NCBI GenBank assembly: GCA_963733295.1
Contig: CAVTCS010000003.1
Location: 2,752,001 to 2,816,000 of the forward strand
Source: Vulcanimicrobiota bacterium
Lineage (GTDB): Bacteria; Vulcanimicrobiota; Vulcanimicrobiia; Vulcanimicrobiales; Vulcanimicrobiaceae
Length of the DNA: 64,000 nucleotides
Direction of reading: 5' to 3'
The notes under the pieces were generated by a model. That model saw only the letters and a program-made list of their open reading frames with translations. It had not been told where the DNA came from and made no database searches. Positions 57,206 to 64,000 of the stretch are shown here, piece by piece. Position 1 is the stretch's first letter, and each line of letters starts with the position of its first letter. The position numbers and the translations under genes are program-made.

Positions 57206-57946
57206 TTACGCAGTCGCCAGCAACGGCAGCAACGCGAAGTCCTCGATCGCGCTGCGTCCATCGGATTCGCGGCGCAATACGGTCCGCGACACGTACGCGC
57301 CGAACGGTCCCGCGTGGACGATCGGGACGCGCCCGACGTACACCGGCGTCGCCAAGCGGTCGTGACTGTGGCCGCCCAAAATCAAGTCGAGCCGCGGGAC
57401 CGCTTCGGCCAGCACGCGATCGGCCGCGAGCCCGAGATGCGAGAGCGCGACGAGCGTAATGCCGGGCGGCGTTTCCGCGGCGATTTGCCGCGCGACCTCG
57501 AGCGGGTCGAGAAAGCGCCAACCGAAGATCCGCTCCCACGGACTGCCGCCCGGGTACTGCACGACGAGCAACCCGAAGACGCGCACGTTCCAAGCTTCGC
57601 CCTCGACGCGCCGTTCGAAATCGAGCTCGCGCTCGAAGGGCAGCGGCCGGCCGCGCAAGTCGATGAGGTTCGAGCAGACGAGCCGATGTCGCATGCGCCG
57701 CGCGCGCGCTTCCAGCAGACGAAAGAGGTAGTGAAATTCGCGATTGCCGATCGCTTGCGCGTCGTAACGCGCGGCCGCGAGCTCGTCGACGATCGGTTCG
57801 CGGCCGTAGTACACCGTTTGACTTCCACGCAGCGAATCGCCGCAATCGAAGAGCAGGCCGGGGGCCGAAGCGCGGAGCGAACTCAGCCTCGCCGAGATGC
57901 CGCGGCGGTCGTGCAGATCGGAGGTGTGATAGATGCGCAGGCTCAC
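57206..57946 (-). CDS. Metallophosphoesterase, 5'-nucleotidase N-terminal-type domain only
   Basis: HTSDLH, DCGD, GNREF, LSHLG, ILGGHSH; GTG overlaps the lpxB stop. Confidence 0.88.
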   Translation of the reverse strand: MSLRIYHTSDLHDRRGISARLSSLRASAPGLLFDCGDSLRGSQTVYYGREPIVDELAAARYDAQAIGNREFHYLFRLLEARARRMRHRLVCSNLIDLRGRPLPFERELDFERRVEGEAWNVRVFGLLVVQYPGGSPWERIFGWRFLDPLEVARQIAAETPPGITLVALSHLGLAADRVLAEAVPRLDLILGGHSHDRLATPVYVGRVPIVHAGPFGAYVSRTVLRRESDGRSAIEDFALLPLLATA

Positions 57947-59058
57947 GCGCTTCGCGCGAGTCCTACGGCGAACTCGGCACAGCGCGCCAGCGCGTCGGGC
58001 GGACCGAGCATTTCGCGCAGTTTCCGCGACGCCGCGAGTTGTGCCGACGGATCGCGCAAGAGCGGCTCTAGAGCGGCGGCCAAACCTGCGGGCGTCGCGT
58101 CGTCTTGCAACACTTCGGGGATCGCCGCGCTTCCCAGCAGCAAGTTCGGCAAAGTCACGAACGGCAGGCGGCGCAACAGGCGGCGCGCGTACGCGATTTG
58201 CGTGCGGCCGACGACGTAGAGTCCGACGGTGGGAACTTCGAGAAGCGCGGCTTCGAGCACCGCCGTGCCTGAAGCGACGAACGCCGCGTCGGCCGCCTCG
58301 AGCGCGGCGCGCGCACCGCGCACGATCGTAACCTCGCCCGCCGAACCGTCCTCCGCGAGCGCGGCGGCGATCCAGCGCTCGGCTTCGTCGTGCGCGGCCG
58401 CGACGATCAACGCGAGCTGCGGCCGATCCGTCCGCAGCAACCTGCACGCGCCGAGCAAAGGTGTCATGTGCTGCAGGATTTCCGCCTCGCGGCTGCCCGG
58501 CAGCAGCGCGACGGTGCCGCCGAGCTCGGGTGCGCGCGGACGCGCCGCGCGCGGCTGGACGAGCGAGGCCAAAGGGTGACCGAACCAGGCGATCGAGAGA
58601 CCGAGCGAGCGATAGAAATCGCGCTGATGCGTAAACGCGGTGAGCGGTGCGCTGGTGCGCGCCACCTCGCGCGCCCGGACGGCGTTGTCGAGCCAAGCTC
58701 CGGGCGGAAAGTAGTAGAGGATCGGACCGCGGTATCCCAACGTGCGTAATGCTTTCGCGAGACGCAGATTGAACGCCCCGAAATCGACCAGAACGATCAA
58801 GTCGAAGGGCCGCCGCGTCAGCCACAGCACGTGGCGTCCCGCGCTGACGAACAGCGGCGGAATGCGCGCCAGCGCTTCCACCGGGCCGAGGCTCGCCCAA
58901 CCGGTGGTGCGCTTGCTCAACCGAAAGCCGGCGGCCGCCATGCGCTCGCCGCCGATTCCGCACAGTTCGATTCCCGGCTCGAGCCCGCGCATCGCTTTCC
59001 CGAGCTCGGCCGCGAGGAAGTCGCCCGACGGTTCTCCGGTCGACATGAAAACGCGCAT
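57943..59058 (-). CDS. lpxB: Lipid-A-disaccharide synthase
   Basis: GEPSGD, GIGG, DFGAFN, GHPL, LLPGSR..E, ASGTAVLE, LPN. Confidence 0.93.
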   Translation of the reverse strand: MRVFMSTGEPSGDFLAAELGKAMRGLEPGIELCGIGGERMAAAGFRLSKRTTGWASLGPVEALARIPPLFVSAGRHVLWLTRRPFDLIVLVDFGAFNLRLAKALRTLGYRGPILYYFPPGAWLDNAVRAREVARTSAPLTAFTHQRDFYRSLGLSIAWFGHPLASLVQPRAARPRAPELGGTVALLPGSREAEILQHMTPLLGACRLLRTDRPQLALIVAAAHDEAERWIAAALAEDGSAGEVTIVRGARAALEAADAAFVASGTAVLEAALLEVPTVGLYVVGRTQIAYARRLLRRLPFVTLPNLLLGSAAIPEVLQDDATPAGLAAALEPLLRDPSAQLAASRKLREMLGPPDALARCAEFAVGLARSA

Positions 59059-59123
59059 GCCGGACCTAGTGGCCTGACACGAAGCGAGTCAGGTGCGCGG
59101 AAGAAAGCGCTTCGCGGAGCGTG

Positions 59124-59891
59124 TCACTTGAGGATGCCGCGGTCGGACTCCGTTTCGACGAAGGCGATGAAGCGGCGCCCCTCGTCCGATTTGACCATCT
59201 CGCGCATCGTTTCGATCGCCTGCGTGAGGTTTCGGCCGGAACGGTACATGATCTTGTAACACTCCTTGAGTTCGGCGATGACCTCGGGCGAAAAGTCGGC
59301 CCGGCGCAGACCGACCGTGTTGAGTCCGTAGGTTTGGGCGGGATTCCCCGATACCAGCAAGTACGGCGGAACGTCGCGGCTGACCGCGGTGACGCCGCCG
59401 ATCATGGCATGCGCGCCGATCCGCACGAACTGATGGACTCCGGTCAAGCCGCCGACCGTCGCGTGATCTTCGATGACGACGTGACCGGCGAGTTGTGCGG
59501 TGCTCGACATCGTCACGTCGTTGCCGACGCGGCAATTGTGCGCGACGTGAACGTAGGCCAGCAGCAACGAGTCGTCGCCGACCGAAGTGACCTCGCCCGC
59601 ACCCGTTGCGCGATGGATCGAAACGTATTCGCGCAGCGTCGTGCGATGGCCGATCTTCACGTACGAGGGTTCTCCGTGGTATTTGCGATCTTGCGAGGGC
59701 AGGCCGATCGAGCAGAACGGATACGCGACGCTGTCTTCGCCGATCGTCGTGTCGCCGTTGACGACGACGTGCGAGAGCAGCTTCGTGCGCGCGCCGATCG
59801 AAACACCGTCGCCGACCACGCAGAAGGGGCCGACCTCGGCCCCCTCACCGATGCGAGCCCGCGGATGTACGACCGCGGTGGGGTGGATCAC
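59124..59891 (-). CDS. lpxA: UDP-N-acetylglucosamine acyltransferase
   Basis: IHPTAVV, hexapeptide repeats, QDRKY, REYVSIHR, HVAHNC, HQF.RIG, GLN.VGLRR. Confidence 0.96.
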   Translation of the reverse strand: MIHPTAVVHPRARIGEGAEVGPFCVVGDGVSIGARTKLLSHVVVNGDTTIGEDSVAYPFCSIGLPSQDRKYHGEPSYVKIGHRTTLREYVSIHRATGAGEVTSVGDDSLLLAYVHVAHNCRVGNDVTMSSTAQLAGHVVIEDHATVGGLTGVHQFVRIGAHAMIGGVTAVSRDVPPYLLVSGNPAQTYGLNTVGLRRADFSPEVIAELKECYKIMYRSGRNLTQAIETMREMVKSDEGRRFIAFVETESDRGILK

Positions 59892-59898
59892 GCGTCCC

Positions 59899-60396
59899 TC
59901 ATGCGTTCAATATCGAGGCATCCAGGTCGTAGTTCGCGACCGCAGAGATCGAGAACATGATCTCGGTCGTACACGCTAATTTGCCGTCGACCTTCGCCTC
60001 GGCGCGAACCCAGCCCGCGCCCGAACGCCTGCGCAGCAACGTGGCCTCCATGTCCAGCCGGTCGCCCGGAACGACGGGCCGCCGGAACTTCGCCTTGTCG
60101 ATTCCGGTGAGGACCGCCATCCGTCGCCGGAAATCGTCCGGGCCCAAGATGATCGTGCCGCCGAGCTGCGCGAGCGCCTCGATCATCATCACGCCCGGCA
60201 TCAGCGGGAATCCCGGAAAGTGTCCTTGGAAAAACTGCTCGTTCATCGTGAGGTTCTTGAAACCCGCCGCGAACTTCAAGCGCTCGTACGAGGTGATGCG
60301 ATCGATCAACAGCATCGGGTAGCGGTGCGGCAACACGGCCATCAACTGGACGATGTCCATCGTCTCGTGCTCGCGCGGTTCGCCGTTCATACTCAT
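59899..60396 (-). CDS. fabZ: 3-hydroxyacyl-ACP dehydratase
   Basis: LPHRYPMLLIDR, FFQGHFP..PLMPGV..IEALAQ, FRRPVVPGD. Confidence 0.95.
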   Translation of the reverse strand: MSMNGEPREHETMDIVQLMAVLPHRYPMLLIDRITSYERLKFAAGFKNLTMNEQFFQGHFPGFPLMPGVMMIEALAQLGGTIILGPDDFRRRMAVLTGIDKAKFRRPVVPGDRLDMEATLLRRRSGAGWVRAEAKVDGKLACTTEIMFSISAVANYDLDASILNA

Positions 60397-60455
60397 ACTC
60401 GCATTCCGTTTAGTGAGAGCCCTCGCCGCTCGGCTCGCGGGCCGCGCAAGGCGCG

Positions 60456-61295
60456 CTAAGCTCCGAACGCCGCGCGCGGCGGGGCGTAGGTTGCGCGCAA
60501 CGCTTGAGCGGCTTGCGCGTGAAGGCGGTGACCGCTCTTGAAAGCCATGACTTGGCATTGCGGCCATGCGCCGAGCAACGCGAAGTCGCCGATCAAATCG
60601 AGCGCTTTGTGGCGTACGACTTCGTTGGGCCAGCGCAGGGGCGTCAGCGGACCGTCGGGTGCGAAAACGAGCGCGTTGTCGAGGGTTCCGCCGCGCGCGA
60701 GTCCGGCCGCGACGAGCGCCTCGACGTCGCGCAGGTAACCGAACGTGCGAGCCGGCGCGATCTCGCGGATGAAGCTGTCGGGTTCGACCACGAGATCGAG
60801 GACTTGCGAGCCGATCGGCGGCGGGAAGTCGACCGCGAAGGTTACCCGAAACTCGTCGGCGGGAAGCACCGCCAGCGTCGCTTCGCCGTCGCGGAAAAAT
60901 TGCGGCGCGTCGACGACGAGCAGCGGGCGCGCCGCGTGCTGATCGACGCATCCGACTTTGGCGATCGCCTCGGCGAAGGCCGCGGCGCTTCCGTCGAGGA
61001 CCGGAATCTCCGGGCCGTCGACGTCGATCGCGGCGTTGTCGACGCCCATCGCGCTGAGCGCGGAGAGCAGGTGCTCGACCGTGGAGACGCGTCCGGCGCC
61101 CGAACCGAGAACGGTCGCGCGGCGCGTCTCGACCACGAAATCGGCGTGCGCGGGAAACGTCACGCCGCCGGCGAGCCGGAAGCGCAGTCCGGTGCCGGCC
61201 GGTTGCGGGCGGAGCGTCAGCCGCACAGCCGCACCGGTGTGCAAACCGATTCCCTCGAATTCCAGCACGTCGCGCAGCGTGTGCTGATGCTGCAT
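60456..61295 (-). CDS. lpxC: UDP-3-O-acyl-GlcNAc deacetylase
   Basis: GIGLHTG, TVEHLLSAL, EIPVLDGS, ARTFG, RHKALDLIGD, GH. Confidence 0.96.
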   Translation of the reverse strand: MQHQHTLRDVLEFEGIGLHTGAAVRLTLRPQPAGTGLRFRLAGGVTFPAHADFVVETRRATVLGSGAGRVSTVEHLLSALSAMGVDNAAIDVDGPEIPVLDGSAAAFAEAIAKVGCVDQHAARPLLVVDAPQFFRDGEATLAVLPADEFRVTFAVDFPPPIGSQVLDLVVEPDSFIREIAPARTFGYLRDVEALVAAGLARGGTLDNALVFAPDGPLTPLRWPNEVVRHKALDLIGDFALLGAWPQCQVMAFKSGHRLHAQAAQALRATYAPPRAAFGA

Positions 61296-62302
61296 TACTT
61301 TTGCTCCAAAGCGCTCACGCGCCGATACAGCTTTTCGAGGTTACGAATCCGAACCTGCTGGCGAAGTTCGGCGTGATGGTCCTGCGCCGGTTGACCGCTG
61401 ATGAACGCTCCGTCCGGTACGTCGTGCCAGACCATCGTGTTTCCGGCGATCGTCACGCGCGAGCCGACGGTGATGTGACCTTTGAACGCGCTCGCCCCTC
61501 CGACGACCGTATAGTCGCCCACGACCGTCGAGCCGGCCAGGCCGGTCAGCGCCGCGAACCCGCAGTTCCGTCCGATCCGGCAGTTGTGTCCGACTTGCAC
61601 GAGGTTGTCGATCTTCGTTCCTTCGCCGATACTCGTCGTGCCGGTTTGCGCGCGATCGATGCACGCGTTCGAACCGATCTCGACGTCGTTGCCGAGTTCG
61701 ACGTTTCCGATCTGCGGGATCTTTGCGAAGCGCCCGTCGTAAAACGCGTAACCGAAACCGTCGCTTCCCACCACGGCGCCGGCCTGCAACGTGACCCGAT
61801 CGCCGGCGACGCAGCGGTCGAGAAAGAGCGCGCGCGGATGCAGCGTACAGCGCCGGCCCAAACGCGCGCCCGCGCCGATCACCGCCCCGGCGAGCACGAC
61901 GCTTTCGGCACCGAGCTCCGCTTGTGCGCCGATCGACACGTGGGGCCCGATGTAGCAGTCGGGACCGACGCGCGCGCTGGGATCGACGACCGCGCTCGGG
62001 TGGCGGTACGGTCCGGCGGGGCGCGGCGGTTCGAGCGCGGCGAGCAGCTTGCCCAGAGCCGTCCGGGCGGAGGCGACGAGCAACAGCGGTTTGCGTATCT
62101 CGCCGGCGCGCTCGGCCAGCTCCGGCTCGGTCAACACCGCCGCGGCTTTTCCCGAAAGCGCCACGCGCAGATACTTCTCGTCGGTCGCGAAGGTCAGCGC
62201 TCGCTCGTCCACGTCGTCGACCGCGGCGATCCGCTCGATTTCGAGCGACGCGTCGCCGCGCACGGTTCCGTCGACCAGCGCGGCGTACTCGGCGAGGGTC
62301 AA
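61295..62302 (-). CDS. lpxD: UDP-3-O-acylglucosamine N-acyltransferase
   Basis: TTG 62302; GSDGFGY, KIPQIG, CIDR, TKIDNLVQVGHN. Confidence 0.95.
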   Translation of the reverse strand: MTLAEYAALVDGTVRGDASLEIERIAAVDDVDERALTFATDEKYLRVALSGKAAAVLTEPELAERAGEIRKPLLLVASARTALGKLLAALEPPRPAGPYRHPSAVVDPSARVGPDCYIGPHVSIGAQAELGAESVVLAGAVIGAGARLGRRCTLHPRALFLDRCVAGDRVTLQAGAVVGSDGFGYAFYDGRFAKIPQIGNVELGNDVEIGSNACIDRAQTGTTSIGEGTKIDNLVQVGHNCRIGRNCGFAALTGLAGSTVVGDYTVVGGASAFKGHITVGSRVTIAGNTMVWHDVPDGAFISGQPAQDHHAELRQQVRIRNLEKLYRRVSALEQK

Positions 62303-62306
62303 GACT

Positions 62307-62708
62307 TCAGCTCTTCGGCGGGGGTTGCTCGGTGATCTTGAGGACCTTTTCGACGTCGGGCGTGATGTCCACGCCTCCGTAGCCGACGAACTCGTGGGTG
62401 ACGACGAGCTTGAAGTGACGCGCGGTTGCGACTTGCTCGACCGCACTCCGGACGTCGCCGGTCACTTCGTTTTGCATGCTGAGGTAGCGCTGCCGCAAAG
62501 CTGCGATGCGCGCGGCCTTCTGCCGCGCCGAGTCGCTCGAACGCTGGATCGCTTCCGTGTCCGCAGCCAACTGATTGTTGTAGTTGATGAACTTCGGCCA
62601 GTTCGAAGTGAGCCGCGCTATGTCGACGGTTGCGATTTGAGAGGAAGCTTGCTGTGCGCATCCGGCGAGCGCTACTAGTGCGGCGGCGGCGATGATCGTT
62701 CGTCTCAC
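62307..62708 (-). CDS. Short OmpH/Skp-like lipoprotein
   Basis: Lipobox LAGC; IATVD; AVEQVA....KLVV, GGVDITPDV. Confidence 0.75.
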   Translation of the reverse strand: MRRTIIAAAALVALAGCAQQASSQIATVDIARLTSNWPKFINYNNQLAADTEAIQRSSDSARQKAARIAALRQRYLSMQNEVTGDVRSAVEQVATARHFKLVVTHEFVGYGGVDITPDVEKVLKITEQPPPKS

Positions 62709-64000
62709 TCGTGTAAACTCTCGATATCCTTCTCGGCGTCGGCCGTCAAATCGACGCCGCCGGCCGGTGCGATGATACTGCTGAAAACGACGTTCACGCC
62801 TCGCTTCTCGGCGATCAGCCTCACTTCACGGTCGATCTGCGCGACCATTTCGTCGTACAGTTCCCCACGTTGTTTTTGAAGCGCGTCGAGTTGGCGGCTC
62901 GTGCCTTCCTGTGCGTCGGAGTCGACGCCCTCGAGGCGCCGGAAACGCTGCGTCAAGTCGTTTCTGGTCTTTTGGAAATCGGCGATTGTTTTTTCGGCGT
63001 CCTTGTTGAAATCGTCTTGGTACTTCTTATGCAACGCCTCGAGTTTGGCGCGCATGTCGGAAGGCACGCTCAGCCGGCCGGGAGCGCCTCCCGAGGACAC
63101 TGCCACCGAGCCGAGCTGACCCACGAGACCGGTCTGTACCGTTCGATCGTGGGCCTTCATCTGTGCGACCGTCCTCGCGTTGAGGATCGCGAACTGCTTG
63201 TCGAATTCGGTTTTGCTCTGATCGCGCAGCTGCGTCTGAAGCGCGACCAGGATCGCCTGGTCCCGGTTCTTGAGCGCGGCCAGGCCATCGCTCTCTTTCT
63301 GATTCAGCGCGTCGAGCTGCTTGCGCGTGGCCTGACGATCGGCATCGTCGAGCGCGAGGTTCTGCAGCTTGGTCGAAAGCGAGAGGCGTTCGGTGGCGTC
63401 CTGATTCGCTTCGGCGAGCGCGAAGTCGGACTCTTTGCGCTGCAGTTCCTCGACCTTGGTGCGGTAGGTTCGAGCCGCTTTCTCTTCGAGCGAACGCTGT
63501 AGCCCCAAGAGCGCAGCCCGGTTCTGCGCGACGGTTTGACGCCGGTAGGCGTCGAGGTCTGAGTTGGCAACGGCTCCGGCGTTGCCCGCCTGGGTCGCCG
63601 ACTGGCGCGCGACGCCGCCCGCAATCGTGGCGCCGCTCGGACCGGCCGGCACGCCGGCGGCGCTCAATGCGGCCGCGATTGCGGCCTGCTCGCGTTTGGC
63701 GTACTCTTCCTGCTTATCTTTGAGCGCCTGCTTCGTGCGATTCGCAGCGTCGTCGAGCTGCTTTTGCAAGATCTTCTCTTCACGCGTGAGGTCGGGGCTG
63801 GTGGGTCGCGGCATGCTCGCGTCGAGCGATTTGAGCTCCAAGGCCTGCATGTCGGAGTCGAGCTTCTCGAGCTCGCCGTAAAGCGGATGCTTCTTAACGA
63901 GCGCGTCCATATTAACGTAGCCCATCACGCCGGATTGTTTCGTGCCGGTCGGGCCGGAAACGGCGCCGGTGCAAGACGAGAGTGCGAGCGCGAGCAATGC
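62705..64000 (-). CDS. Long OmpH/Skp-like coiled-coil lipoprotein (5' end at or beyond window edge)
   Basis: Lipobox LSSC; GYVNMDALVKKHP; long heptad region; IAEKRGVNVVF...GGVDLT. Confidence 0.7.
   Translation of the reverse strand, partial: ALLALALSSCTGAVSGPTGTKQSGVMGYVNMDALVKKHPLYGELEKLDSDMQALELKSLDASMPRPTSPDLTREEKILQKQLDDAANRTKQALKDKQEEYAKREQAAIAAALSAAGVPAGPSGATIAGGVARQSATQAGNAGAVANSDLDAYRRQTVAQNRAALLGLQRSLEEKAARTYRTKVEELQRKESDFALAEANQDATERLSLSTKLQNLALDDADRQATRKQLDALNQKESDGLAALKNRDQAILVALQTQLRDQSKTEFDKQFAILNARTVAQMKAHDRTVQTGLVGQLGSVAVSSGGAPGRLSVPSDMRAKLEALHKKYQDDFNKDAEKTIADFQKTRNDLTQRFRRLEGVDSDAQEGTSRQLDALQKQRGELYDEMVAQIDREVRLIAEKRGVNVVFSSIIAPAGGVDLTADAEKDIESLHE

Noticed and set aside
59059..59123. 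Hairpin CCTGAC/GTCAGG between lpxA and lpxB
   Set aside because: Short stem, no U-tract, and plausible by chance at this GC content

Overview
GC-rich, gene-dense 64 kb of bacterial chromosome with about 60 supportable CDS. I found no rRNA, tRNA, CRISPR array, prophage or transposase. In order: partial S41 protease; two hypothetical genes; RNase E/G; a lipoprotein; a hydrolase; minC-minD-minD-minE-rodA; an M48 protease; an RDD/SpoIIM/DUF58/MoxR/DUF4350/DUF4129 cluster; MOSC, QueA-like and SDR genes; a TelA operon with a STAS plus acidic-repeat membrane protein; an Sm-like small gene behind a structured intergenic region; a Cys-motif GAF kinase/NarL pair coupled to hutF; hutI-hutU; dnaX-ybaB-recR-hutH divergent from recQ; and a large outer-membrane cluster (two Skp-like lipoproteins, lpxD-lpxC-fabZ-lpxA-lpxB, metallophosphoesterase, LpxB-related GT, WaaL-like, lptC-lptB-lptF/G, DUF3084, YqgF-like, SLH-beta-barrel). 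This content points to a diderm Terrabacteria lineage, possibly Eremiobacterota/Vulcanimicrobiota (inference only). The best candidate for an undescribed system is the lpx operon. It has no lpxH or lpxI, but has a 5'-nucleotidase-fold metallophosphoesterase coupled to lpxB whose GNH motif reads GNR, as in LpxH. An LpxB-related glycosyltransferase follows, with no lpxK/waaA/kds genes in the window. All product calls come from motif recognition by eye; no database searches were run.
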